From the NCBI GenBank assembly GCA_030390025.1, contig JASTWF010000351.1, positions 372,001 to 436,000 on the forward strand: a DNA stretch of 64,000 nt, given 5' to 3'. The notes beneath the pieces were generated by a model. The model worked only from the letters and a program-made list of their open reading frames with translations. It was not told the DNA's origin and did no database searches. Each line of letters begins with the position of its first letter. Position 1 is the first letter of the stretch. Source of the DNA: Squalus acanthias. Its lineage: Eukaryota. This document shows positions 39,410 to 50,193 of this stretch, one piece after another. Both the position numbers and the translations under genes were made by a program.

Positions 39410-40667
39410 TGTAGGGGGGTGGTAATGGGGTTAACCTTCGCTTTCTGACTCAGTGAGCGGTTCGAATCGCTCCCACACCCCTCTGGTTCCTAGACTTTGT
39501 ACTTATTTAGGGGTTGTGAACAAAATTGCAGTAGACCACAGGTTCTGATGAAATAATTTTACTTTATTAAAAGAAAAAGGTAACAAACTTGAAACACACT
39601 AATTACTTAAACACAGATTGGGGTGCACACGGTACAAGCGAGGTAGAATGACAATATATCAAAGAAAACCTTATCCCTCCCAAAGATCCCACTATCTAGC
39701 TAGGTTTTTGGTTTCAGGAGATCAGGGATAATGCTCACCAATGAATCCTTGACAGGATTTTAGAGTCTTTTGTTTAAAAGACTCCGTAAGGCCCTTGTTG
39801 CTGCGAGGTGTCCGTTGGTCACTGAGGCAGTCGCTCTGGTTTCTTCTTGCGTGCTGGTCTGTTTTCTGGCCTTCCTCCTCGTGGCTTGTGGTGGTTTTTG
39901 CTGGAGCAGGGAGAGAGCTGTGTCAGCGTAGTCAGTGAGTCCGAAAGAGAGAGAAGTTATGGGACAGGCTTTCAATTATACTGTTTCTTTTTTGCACCCC
40001 AAAAACCCCTTACTAAAACGGATTCCTTTAGGTTGCAAATGAACCTTGCTTAGTCCATTGTCTAGTTTTGGCGGGCTTGCCAGTTCCGATGGCTTTAGCT
40101 CAGTGTTAAACATGTCTTGATCGTTTTCCGATTTAAACACAGCCTTATCTACGTGCCAAATCTCAGCCCTTCTGTCCTAGGTCTTTTGGCGGGCTTTTAA
40201 ATCTGTTCTGTGGATACCTGGTTGATTAATTTTTGATGAAGTACTAAATGTTTTATTGATTTCAGGCTTCTGGTATCCTGTTTGGGCCTGGGAATTTCAA
40301 AAGGGGGTCTTGGATTATTCATATTTCGATGTGTGTGTGAGTTTTTGCTTTGTCTCTTCCACCTTGATAGGATTTGCAGTGTAAACAATTCCCAGACAGC
40401 TTGATTGGGCCCCAATACCCAAATCTGTTCACTGCCTGGCCATGCCCCTCCGCAGCTTGTCTTGTGTCTGTGAAAGGTGTCTCTCCCAACAGTAAGATTC
40501 AAAAGTCAGTTTCCTCAGGGGTTTTCTTCCCTGATCTTTCCAAAACTGAGGTTTTTACATCAAATCACTTCACTTAGGTCCCATCATCACAAGTTTGTAT
40601 GAAAGGTCCAAAAATCACTCCTTTTAGGGCTCTGTTCGAGTTTCTGGGGGATTTTGCGAAGCCTACA
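39410..40667 (-). mobile_element. Probable solo LTR
   Basis: TGTAGG...CCTACA termini. Minus-strand TATAAT near 39978 and AATAAA near 39565. No matching TSD. Confidence 0.55.
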
Positions 40668-40740
40668 CCTGCGAACTAATTTTTAATGTGGAAGCAAGTC
40701 ATCCTCGGTTCCGAGGGACTGCCTAAGAAGAGAAGAAGGA

Positions 40741-41693
40741 TGCTAATGAGGGAAGGGTGAAGGCAATGATTGTTATTGGCTGGTTAGGAATGATGTCAAG
40801 TTCCATTGTTCTGCATCTCTCTGATTGGCTTCTTTATGTATCCAACCAGATTGAGTGTTTGCCACCAGCACGCCCTCTGCTGTCAGAATGGTCCTCTCAA
40901 GGGCAGAGGGAGAACCTCTGCCCATTCACCATTTCCCAGACCATTATCCAGGGCCCCAAGCACACCTTCCGGACGGGACAGCAATTTAGATGTACATCCT
41001 CCAAAATGTGCACTATATTCACGCCTTGCGGTGTGGTCCCTGCCATATTAGTTCAGTATCTGCCAGTCTCTAGTTCTGTGTGTGGGTGGGTGGGTGGGGG
41101 TGGGGCGGGAATAGTTCTGTATCACTCAGTCTCTGGTGATTTATGTAAGTTTGGAAATCATTCTCAATCTCATTCTCTGTTACAGTATGTGAGTGTGGAA
41201 TCCATTCGTTTCCTGTCCATCACTGGTACCATGTGTCAGGGTGGGATTCTATCTGTATCCGCCAGACTCTGGTATTGTGTGTCAGTGTTGGGATTCATTC
41301 GGAATCTGTCATTCTCTGGTAGTGTATGTGTGGGTGATATTAATTCTGTATCTGTCTGTCACTGGGATGTGCGAGTCTGAGATTCATTCTGCATCTGTCA
41401 GTCTCTGGTACTGATTGTGAGTGTCGGATTAGTTCTGAATCAGTCTGTCTCTCGTACTGTCTTTCAGCAAAGAATTCTGCATGAATCTGCTGCTCACTCG
41501 GTTTTTGAAAGTGGGATTCGTACTGCATCTATCAGTCTCTGGTATTGATGTTAGTTTGAGATTCCTTCCATTTCTGCTAGTATCTGGTCCTGTATGTGAA
41601 TTTGGGACTGAATCTATCTGTAAATTAATTGTACTGCATGTGATTGTGTACTCATTCTGTATCTGCCAGGCCCTCTGATGCTCTGTGTTACTG
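40741..41693 (-). repeat. Right arm of the inverted duplication: H2B upstream region without a CDS
   Basis: Reverse complement of 31017-32114, ending at the octamer-like tgctaatgaggg. Confidence 0.85.
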
Positions 41694-42220
41694 TAAGATG
41701 CATTTTCTGTCTGTCAGTCTCTGTTCTGTATGTGTGTGTTAGAGTAATTATATATCTGGCAATCTCTGGTACTGTATGTGAGAGTGACATTCATTCTGCA
41801 CCAATCAGTCTTTAATATGGGGTTAACTTTGTCTCTATCATTTGCTGGTACTGTTTACGAGTATATATTAATTCTGGGTCTGTCACCGTCTGATACTCTG
41901 TGTCAGTGTGTGATTAATTATCTTTCTCTGCCAATCTGTGATACTGTATGTGAGTTTGAGATTTATTCTATATCTTTCAGTTCCTGGTATGGCATCTGCG
42001 TCTGGGATTTATTCTGTACCTGTCAGTCACTGATACTGTCCGTGAGATTTAAATTAATTCTGTTTCTATCACTATCTCATACTGTATGAGAGTGTGAGAT
42101 TAATTCTCTGTATCTTTCAGTCACTGATACTGTATGTGCTCCCTGGAATTTTAATTAATTGCATAAACAATGTATCATAAATCAGTTCTGAGCTGCGAGG
42201 GGTATTAAAAGTACCTCGTT

Positions 42221-42284
42221 TGCGATGGCTGGGAATCGAACCCGGCTTGGAAGGCAGCTATGCTCACTACTATACAACCATCGC
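42221..42284 (-). pseudogene. tRNA-Gly(TCC) pseudogene with an 8-nt deletion
   Basis: Paralog of 12700-12771 lacking the variable loop and part of the anticodon stem. Confidence 0.85.
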
Positions 42285-42359
42285 TCATAGATAGTCGATT
42301 TTATATTTAAGGACTAATTACTTCTTTCGGCTATTAAGCGGGACAAATAAGATACTTAG

Positions 42360-42482
42360 CAAAAGCAAAATACTGCGGATGCTGGAAATCTGAAATAGAA
42401 ACAGAAAAAGCTGGAAATACTCAGCAGGTCAGGCAGCATCTGTGGAGAGAGAAGCAGAGTTAACGTTTCAGTTCGATGATGA
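42360..42482 (-). mobile_element. Short PLE family A-like fragment (paralog of 12845-12966)
   Basis: Same sequence and same position within the duplicated block. Confidence 0.8.
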
Positions 42483-42673
42483 ACACCCCATTTATTATTT
42501 TAAAGTTCTATATAATTTTAAAAATAGTTATCGAGAAAATAAAATTGAAAATGAATTTTGTGGGTGAAGCAAATGGATGATGAATGTTATTTGTAAATTT
42601 AAGTGAAATGGCATTTGCTGAAAGGCATTAAACTGCGATAGAGTGACCTAAACTGTGTCAGCAGGAGCATGGC

Positions 42674-42746
42674 AGCGATGCCGTGACTCGAACCCCAATT
42701 AACTCGCTAGAAAGTGTATCTCAGCCCACCACAGTACCACCATCGC
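42674..42746 (-). pseudogene. Degenerate tRNA-Gly pseudogene (paralog of 13160-13232)
   Basis: gcgatg...caccatcgc termini with a decayed interior. Confidence 0.65.
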
Positions 42747-44111
42747 TCGAAGTTTAAAATGTAAGCCTCTGTATTTACAGATCGCTCGCTAAAGGTTTTT
42801 GGAGCTTTAATCAGGAGGAGTAAAACACTTTGCAATCATTTCAATCTGAACGCAAACAAGGTTTTCAGGTTATTTCGCTCCAATTTAAAATCGTTGCTGA
42901 TGAATGGGTATCTTGTTGCAGTACTGGCTAGCAGCCTGGAGATGGCACCAAACTCCAATAGTTTGGGATGATGTGGCGATGCCGGTGTTGGACAGGGGTG
43001 GACAAATGTGAGAAGCCGCACAGCACCAGGTTATAGTCCAACAGCTTTATTTGAAAGGGGAGAAAACAACACCAACACCAGGTTATAGTCCAACAGCTTT
43101 ATTTGAAATCACAAGCTTTCGGAGCTGCTGACGAAGGAGCAGCAGCAGCAGCAGCAGCAGCAGAGTGGTGGTCTCTGTGACCAGGAAGAGGAGAAGGAGA
43201 AGGAGACCAGATAGCAGACCACCACCAACAACCAACAACCACTACTGAGGTGCCTGGAGAGAGAGGACAGGAGAGGAGAAGGAAAAGAAAGGAAGGCCAA
43301 GGCCATTAACAACAGAGGAGAGGCCTTTCCACACTGCCTCCTCAATTGGCCTCCATTTTAGGAGAGGGAGAGAGGGGAGAAAACAACAAAACAACCATCA
43401 ACTGTTTGGAAGGAGGAAGGAAGGAAAGAACAGCTACAGGTGGGTGTGATTCTGGGGCACTCTCCCAGAGACTTTGTTTTGTAGGTGGGGGGAGGAAAGA
43501 AGAAAAAGAAGAAGGCCGGAACATCCAAGGGGTGTGTGTGTGGCTTCTGTAAGAACTAGGCCGCACACACCATATTAAACACCCCTTTCCCATTGCCTGA
43601 CCTGGGACAGCTGGAGCTGCCTAGGTGAAGTCCCCAATTAATTTAATCCAATTGGGCATCGTTAAGACCTGGTGCAGGACTGAGCCTGGGCATCTCCAGC
43701 TATCCCAGGTGAAGACATCTTCTCCCCCCACCAGAAGACCACCACCAAAGACTTGTATTACATCGGAGAGTGCACCCCCCTGCCAACACCCACCCACCCA
43801 CCATCCTGAGTGGCGACCCTGCCCTTGCGGCTTCCCTCCTTCCCACCCCCCTCTCTCTCTCTCGCTCTCTCTTTGTCTCTTGTCTCTCTCTGCCTCTCTC
43901 TCTCTAAGAGGCACCTCATCTATTTTTAATTAAGTACCCATCGAGCAGAGGGGAGAAGGCCCCTCTCCCAATTCAATCAACTAAAGGGAGAGGTGTGCCT
44001 TCAATTTAAGAGCTCCCTCTGCTCGGGGGAAAACAAAAAAAAAAACCGAGGCCATTAACACCTTCAGGCCTGTGACTTGGGGTGAGTGTGGCCCTTAAAG
44101 AACCCTCCATT

Positions 44112-46268
44112 ATGGCGAGTACATCTTCGTCGGTGGCGGGGGCAGCGAGGACGTACGCGAGCGTGGCAGCCGCGGCCACGGCCGCAGCCACGAGTCCTCC
44201 TGTTACCCCGTCACCTTTTACCCTCCTTACGAGGAAGAATGGGGTCAAGAGCTACACTCACCCCAACATGACTATAGAGGCGTGCGTTAAAGCCATGGCT
44301 GGGGTTGTCGGCCCTTCAGCCATCGTCGCCGCCTCTAAAATGTACGGCAAGGCTGTGTTCTTCCTGGGGTCGGAGCGGGCGGTGTCCCTGGCCATCGAGA
44401 AGGGGCTCACCGTGGGCGGGACCTTCCTGCCGGTGGACCCCCTTGAGGCCACCGCGCAAAGGATTGTGGTCTCCAACGTCCCGCCCTTTGTTCCGGGTGA
44501 GCTCCTCCTCCCCCACCTACGTCAACTGGGGGAGGTGAGGTCGGGGATCACACCCATCCCGCTCGGCTTCCGGGAAGCCAGCCTTCGGCACGTCTTCTCC
44601 TTCCGGCGCCAGCTTTTCGTCCGGCTGGCGCGGGAGGAGGACGCGGACGGCGCGTTCACGGTGCTCCACGGGGGGACCGCCCACCGCGTCTTCTGGACCT
44701 CGGACGGCGCGCGGTGCTACGCCTGTAAGGAGGTGGGGCACGTCCGCAAAAACTGCCCCGCCTCCAAGGCCGCCACGACACCTGGCGCGGCCGGGGTTGG
44801 CGCCGCCGCCCCCCCTCCCCCTGATACTGTCCGCGCGTCGACGGCGACGGATGCGCGGTCGAAATCGGAGGCCAACGCCACCACGGCCTCCGGCGGGGAG
44901 GAGGGAGAGCGTCCGGGGGGAAGGAAGGCGCGTAGGAAAAATAAACACATAAGGGCGGATCCCCTCGCGGAGGAAACATCTGAATTGGCCGAACTCACGC
45001 CCGAGTATATCGCGGAGTTGGTCGGGACGCATGAGACTGGGGGGGTCCTCGTGCCCGGGCCCGTGACCGTGACCGCAACCGCCGAGGCGGCTAAATCAAG
45101 ACCTGCGGCCGGGCTCGGGCCCGAGGGGCCCAAGAAACCCAGTCGTCGGAAGGGGGCAGAGAGGGAGGCCCCAGCAGACATGGAGGCCTCCCCCTCTCCG
45201 GGCCCCAACTTGTTAAAAAGAAAGCTCCGCCCCCAGCAGGAGGACTGCGAGGAGGAAGGTCCCTCCGCAAAAGGGGGGCAGTCGCCCGCCGCGGGTGCTG
45301 CGACCCACCCCACCACCGTCATCGTCGCGCGCGATCGGCAGGGGTCGTCTGTCCCTCGGGAGGGTGAGACAGACGAGTCTGTCCGACCTGTGCCTCCCGG
45401 GGATGGGGAAGAGACCCTGCCCGTGGGGGGGGGCGCGGAACAACCCGCGGAGGGAAATGTAGTACCGGAACCGTTGCTCCTCGCCGGGTCGGGCGTCCTG
45501 GGGACTGGGGCGGGCGAGGCCAAAGAGGCTGAAGCCGAGCCCGCCTTTTATAACCCAGACATCTCCCAGGGACTGCTCGACCTGGTGGAGGAGTGTAGCA
45601 ATCCCCAGCCCGCCGGGTCGGAGGTTGGTGGCGGGGAGACGGAAAGCCCCCTGACTCCGTCTCTGTTGTTGGCGCCGGACGTGCTGGAGGAATTTGGGAT
45701 TATTTTCTCCCCGGTTTCTCCGGTCGCCCCGGCGCCTGAGGCGGGGGGGGGCCCCGAACCGCCGCCGCCGCCTCCCGGCCCGGCGCCCCTGAAGGAGCCC
45801 AGGGTGGACTCCTCTGCCACCGATCCTGGGGGTGGGATCGTGACGGAGGCGGGGCCGGCCGGTGCGGCCGAGCCGTTCGCTGCACCCTGTGCGACGGACG
45901 GGTCGGCCGCCGGTGACGACCTCCCGGAGGAGGACGGGGACTCGGTGTTGGGCGCTGAGGAAGATTTGGAGTCCATCAGCAGCGAGGCGATGGACGCCCT
46001 CGTGCCCTTCACCGACTCTCCCCTCATCCCCGTAGGGGAACTCCGGGATTTTATGGCCGTAAGCCAGGGTCGTCACAAGAAGATCCGGCTGGCCCTCGAC
46101 AAGTGGTCGGAGCTGACGCTGCTCGTCGTGTCCGTCCGCGCCGCCGTTAAAATCATGGGCGCGGACAAGGACGTTGACCGGCTCGAGCTGCGTCGAATCA
46201 AGACGTTCCACACTGGGCTGCTGAGGGAGTGGCGGTCGTCAGTGACCGCCCTCCCTCCCCTCCGTTAG
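44112..46268 (+). CDS. Tx1 ORF1 nucleic-acid-binding protein (718 aa)
   Basis: TYASVAA, IVAASKMYGKAVFFL, RIVVSNVPPF and RHVFSFRRQ motifs; zinc knuckle CYACKEVGHVRKNC; long low-complexity C-terminal region. Confidence 0.9.
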   Translation: MASTSSSVAGAARTYASVAAAATAAATSPPVTPSPFTLLTRKNGVKSYTHPNMTIEACVKAMAGVVGPSAIVAASKMYGKAVFFLGSERAVSLAIEKGLTVGGTFLPVDPLEATAQRIVVSNVPPFVPGELLLPHLRQLGEVRSGITPIPLGFREASLRHVFSFRRQLFVRLAREEDADGAFTVLHGGTAHRVFWTSDGARCYACKEVGHVRKNCPASKAATTPGAAGVGAAAPPPPDTVRASTATDARSKSEANATTASGGEEGERPGGRKARRKNKHIRADPLAEETSELAELTPEYIAELVGTHETGGVLVPGPVTVTATAEAAKSRPAAGLGPEGPKKPSRRKGAEREAPADMEASPSPGPNLLKRKLRPQQEDCEEEGPSAKGGQSPAAGAATHPTTVIVARDRQGSSVPREGETDESVRPVPPGDGEETLPVGGGAEQPAEGNVVPEPLLLAGSGVLGTGAGEAKEAEAEPAFYNPDISQGLLDLVEECSNPQPAGSEVGGGETESPLTPSLLLAPDVLEEFGIIFSPVSPVAPAPEAGGGPEPPPPPPGPAPLKEPRVDSSATDPGGGIVTEAGPAGAAEPFAAPCATDGSAAGDDLPEEDGDSVLGAEEDLESISSEAMDALVPFTDSPLIPVGELRDFMAVSQGRHKKIRLALDKWSELTLLVVSVRAAVKIMGADKDVDRLELRRIKTFHTGLLREWRSSVTALPPLR

Positions 46269-46293
46269 GTAGAGGTTGCACTATGCTTCTGAG

Positions 46294-49200
46294 ATGAAGA
46301 TAACCATAGCCAGCCTCAACATCAACGGCAGCAGGGAGGCGCGCCGTAGATTCAATAACTTCTCGGTCCTTCGGGACGGGAAATATGCGGTGTGCTTCCT
46401 GCAAGAAACCCACACCGTTCCGGGAGACGAGGCCACGTGGCTCCTGGAGTGGCAAGGAGGGGTCAGCATGAGTCACCTCTCCAACAATTCCTGCGGGGTG
46501 GCTGTCTTGCTGGCCCCGCATTTTCAGCCGGAGATCTTGAGGGTCAAGGAGCACGTGCCGGGCCGCTTGCTCCAGGTCACTGTTCGCCTGGGAGGCGTGC
46601 CGCTCCATTTAGTGAACGTGTACGCCCCCCGGACCGGTGCGCAGCAAGTGCGCTTCTTCGGAGAAGTGTCCGCTCTTCTGGGCTCCATCGACGTGGGCGA
46701 GTGCGTCATCCTCGGGGGGGATTTCAATTGTACCCTCGAGGCGCGGGACCGGTCGGGTCCCCCGCGAAGCCCGGCGGCGATGGAGAAGTTGCGGGACCTG
46801 GTCGGGTCCTTCGACTTGGTGGACGTCTGGCGAAATCTCCATCCCGACTCCAGCGCCTTCACGAGCGTGAGGTCTGGAGGAGGAAGGTCCAGAATCGACC
46901 GCCTTTACATTTCCCGGGCGTACGTCTCCTGCGTTCCGGCGGCTTCCATGCGGCCGGTGCCGTGCACGGACCACCACCTGGTGTGGGCGGAGCTCGCTCC
47001 GCTGCGCGCGCGGGGGGGGTCCGCGTACTGGCATTTTAACAACCTGCTGCTGGAGGACGCGCGGTTCCGGGATTCGTTTCGCCGGTTCTGGGCCGACTGG
47101 AGAAGGAAGCGGGGAGGCTTCCCCTCCTTGAGGCTATGGTGGGACGTGGGCAAGGCTCACGTCCGCGTCTTCTGTCAGGAGTACGCGAAGGGGTCGACCA
47201 AGAGGCGGGAGGCCCGGGTCGGGCGATTGGAGAAAGAAGTGCTCGACCTGGAGTCCCGTCTCGGTCAAGTCGTCGAGGACCCGGCCCTGCGGAAGGTGTA
47301 CGAAGAGAAGAAGGGCGCGCTGAAGGACCTGCAGCTGGTCGGGTCCCGAGGCGCGTACGTGAGGTCGCGGATCCAGCTCCTGCGGGACCTGGACCGCGGC
47401 TCCCCCTTCTTCTACTCGCTGGAAAAAAGACGGGGGGTCCGTAAGCAGCTCTTGGGGCTGCTGGCCGACGACGGATCTCTGGTCTCGGATCCGGAGGGCA
47501 TCAGCGCGGAGGCCCGGGCCTATTACGGGGCTCTGTTCTCTTCGGATCCGTCCAGCGAGGATGCGCGCAGAGTTTTGTGGGAGGACCTGCCGAAGGTCGG
47601 CCCGGAGGGCGCCGAGAATTTAGAAGCTCCGCTAAGCCTGGCGGAGCTGACCGGCGCCCTGCGCCAGCTCTCGAGGGGCAAGTCCCCGGGGCTGGACGGG
47701 CTGACCGTGGAGTTCCACAGGACGTTCTGGGACGTCTTGGGGGACGACTACGCGCGGGTCCTGGGGGAAAGTCTGGCGACCGGGGAGATGCCCCTCTCTT
47801 GGCGCAGGGCGGTCATCGTCCTGCTGCCCAAGAAGGGCGATCTCCGCCTACTTAAGAACTGGCGCCCGGTCTCCCTCCTCAGCACGGACTACAAAATTTT
47901 CGCCAGGGCTATGTCTGCTCGCCTTGGCACCGTGCTGGCCCGCATGATCCACCCCGACCAGTCCTACACGGTCCCGGGCCGGAGTATCCACGATAACATC
48001 CATCTGGTCCGGGACCTGGTCCACCATTCCCAGAGGGCTGGTCTGTCGGTCGCCTTCCTTTCCCTGGATCAGGAGAAGGCGTTCGACAGGGTGGATCACG
48101 AGTATCTTTTCGGGACTCTGCGCGCATTCGGGTTCGGGACGCATTTCGTCGCCCGGATCCGACTTCTGTACGCCGCCGCGGAGTGTCTCATTAAAGTTAA
48201 CGGGTCTTTGACGGCGCCCCTTCGCTTCGGGAGGGGGGTGCGTCAGGGATGCCCCATGTCCGGTCAGTTATACGCCGTTTGCGTGGAGCCTTTCCTGCGC
48301 CTCTTGCGGAAGAGGTTGACGGGACTGGCTCTGCAAGGGCCGGGCGTGGAGGTGGTCCTCTCGGCTTACGCCGATGACGTGCTCCTCGCGGTCACGGATC
48401 CCGTCGACTTGCGGAGGATGCGAGAATGCCAGCAGATTTACTCGGACGCATCCTCCGCCAAGATCAACTGGGAGAAATGTTCTGGACTCCTGGTGGGCCC
48501 ATGGCAGGTGGACTCCCTGCCGGAGGAGTTCGGGCCTTTCGCCTGGAGCACCACGCACCTCCTCTACCTGGGAGTCTACCTCAGCCCGGCCGAGGACGCC
48601 TGGCCGGCGAACTGGCAAGAGCTGGAGGCCAAAGTCACCGCTCGCCTAGGGCGCTGGACAGGATTGCTCCGAGTGTTGTCCTACAGGGGTCGAGCGCTGG
48701 TCATAAACCAGCTGGTGGCCGCCATGTTGTGGTACCGGTTGATCACTTTGATCCCTCCCCCTGCGTTTGTCGCCAAGATGCAGAAGAAGCTCGTCGACTT
48801 CTTCTGGGACAAAAGGAAGCACTGGGTCTCTGCCGCGGTTTTGAGTCTCCCGCTTAGGGAGGGCGGTCAGGCGCTGGTGTGCCTCCGCACCCAGGCGGCG
48901 ACTTTCCGTCTTCAGACGCTGCAGAGATACCTGTACGTGGAGAATCCTCCTAGGTGGCGTGCGCTGGCGACGTATTTCTTCCGCCAGCTGCACGGCCTCA
49001 ATCACGACACGCAGCTCCTGTTTGTGAGAGTGGGTGGCACGCGTGCCAGCCTGCGGGAGCTGCCTGTCTTCTACCAGGAACTGCTATGGGTTTGGAACAG
49101 CGTCGCCTCCGAGCGCAGTTCTCCCCCGTCAGGAGCGGCGGCCGTCCTTCGGGAGCCGCTGTTCAGGAATCCGCACCTCCACGACCGCGGGTTCGGCTGG

Positions 49201-50193
49201 CTGGCGGAGGGCAGGGCTGTGCCCGGTAAGGTGACCAGAGTCGGGGACCTGCTCGATGGCGGAGGAGCGGGCTGGATGGCGCCGGAGGAGTTGGCGAGGC
49301 GCATGTCCTGGGTCAACGTCCGGCTCGCGGTCAAAGCCATCGAGTCGCTAAAAGTGGCACTGGGCCCCGTCTCCACTAGGTGCGTCGAGGAGGCTCAAGC
49401 ACGTGGGGCGATCCCGTCCGAACTGACCCCCGTTCGGACGGAATTCCTTATCGGCGCCCGGCCCCGAATCCTCCCTCGGGAGCCGCCGCCTCACCACTTG
49501 AGCCTTCTCGGAGAAATGCCCTCCGTGCCCTTTCAATCCGCACGGAGGCGTTTCCTGTACGGGCTGCTCCTGCACACTCTCCACTTTGCCATCTTCGTCT
49601 GCCGTCCGGACACGCCTTGGCGTACCATCCTGCCGTCCGGCGGAGGTGAAGGTCCCCATTGGAAGGCTCTCTACGCGGGAGTCTTCCCTTGTTCTATTGG
49701 GGACTTGGCCTGGAGGGTGTTGCACGGAGCAGTCCCGTGCAATAGGATTTTAAGTAGGTTTACGGACTCCCAGGCTGCTTGCCATTTCTGCGGCCTGGAG
49801 GAGTCCGTCTATCACATTTATGTTGAATGTGAGAGGTTGCAGCCCCTCTTTCATTATTTGAAGGGGCTGCTCCTCAATTTCTGGTTGCACTTCAGCCCCA
49901 CGCTCCTGATCTACGGTCACCCGGTGCGGAGGGGAGCGGGTAGGTCGGAGGACCTCCTCGTAGGACTGCTCCTGGGCCTGGCCAAGAAAGCCATTAATTG
50001 GTCCAGGCAGCGGGCGGTCGAGGGGGTCGTTCGGCCCGATTGCCTGCCTCTCTTCCGCGGCCATGTTTGCGCCCGGGTGGCCCTGGAGATGGAGCACGCG
50101 GTGTCCGCCGGCACGCTTGAGTTTTTCCGCGACCGGTGGGCGCCGCGGGGACTGGAGTGCATCGTCACCCCGGACTTTCAAATTTTAATTTGA
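46294..50193 (+). CDS. Tx1 ORF2: APE endonuclease, reverse transcriptase, CCHC finger (1299 aa)
   Basis: SLNING, FLQETH, GGDFN, SRIDR, TDHH; KSPGLDG, NWRPVSLL, LDQEKAFDRV, GVRQGCPMS, YADD; CHFCGLEESVYHIYVEC. Confidence 0.96.
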   Translation: MKITIASLNINGSREARRRFNNFSVLRDGKYAVCFLQETHTVPGDEATWLLEWQGGVSMSHLSNNSCGVAVLLAPHFQPEILRVKEHVPGRLLQVTVRLGGVPLHLVNVYAPRTGAQQVRFFGEVSALLGSIDVGECVILGGDFNCTLEARDRSGPPRSPAAMEKLRDLVGSFDLVDVWRNLHPDSSAFTSVRSGGGRSRIDRLYISRAYVSCVPAASMRPVPCTDHHLVWAELAPLRARGGSAYWHFNNLLLEDARFRDSFRRFWADWRRKRGGFPSLRLWWDVGKAHVRVFCQEYAKGSTKRREARVGRLEKEVLDLESRLGQVVEDPALRKVYEEKKGALKDLQLVGSRGAYVRSRIQLLRDLDRGSPFFYSLEKRRGVRKQLLGLLADDGSLVSDPEGISAEARAYYGALFSSDPSSEDARRVLWEDLPKVGPEGAENLEAPLSLAELTGALRQLSRGKSPGLDGLTVEFHRTFWDVLGDDYARVLGESLATGEMPLSWRRAVIVLLPKKGDLRLLKNWRPVSLLSTDYKIFARAMSARLGTVLARMIHPDQSYTVPGRSIHDNIHLVRDLVHHSQRAGLSVAFLSLDQEKAFDRVDHEYLFGTLRAFGFGTHFVARIRLLYAAAECLIKVNGSLTAPLRFGRGVRQGCPMSGQLYAVCVEPFLRLLRKRLTGLALQGPGVEVVLSAYADDVLLAVTDPVDLRRMRECQQIYSDASSAKINWEKCSGLLVGPWQVDSLPEEFGPFAWSTTHLLYLGVYLSPAEDAWPANWQELEAKVTARLGRWTGLLRVLSYRGRALVINQLVAAMLWYRLITLIPPPAFVAKMQKKLVDFFWDKRKHWVSAAVLSLPLREGGQALVCLRTQAATFRLQTLQRYLYVENPPRWRALATYFFRQLHGLNHDTQLLFVRVGGTRASLRELPVFYQELLWVWNSVASERSSPPSGAAAVLREPLFRNPHLHDRGFGWLAEGRAVPGKVTRVGDLLDGGGAGWMAPEELARRMSWVNVRLAVKAIESLKVALGPVSTRCVEEAQARGAIPSELTPVRTEFLIGARPRILPREPPPHHLSLLGEMPSVPFQSARRRFLYGLLLHTLHFAIFVCRPDTPWRTILPSGGGEGPHWKALYAGVFPCSIGDLAWRVLHGAVPCNRILSRFTDSQAACHFCGLEESVYHIYVECERLQPLFHYLKGLLLNFWLHFSPTLLIYGHPVRRGAGRSEDLLVGLLLGLAKKAINWSRQRAVEGVVRPDCLPLFRGHVCARVALEMEHAVSAGTLEFFRDRWAPRGLECIVTPDFQILI

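Noticed and set aside
43105..43165. Functional hammerhead at the Tx1 5' end
   Set aside because: The two halves are on opposite strands and the sense half lacks GAAA, running into (CAG)n instead.
43849..43905. (CT)n tract as the Tx1 target site, as for microsatellite-targeting Tx1 families
   Set aside because: No matching CT tract at the 3' junction, and the flanking duplication places the 5' end further upstream, so the tract is internal to the 5' UTR.
44258..50181. Many long antisense or alternate-frame ORFs over the Tx1 (and over histone and PLE genes)
   Set aside because: Expected shadows of GC-rich coding sequence; no recognisable domains.
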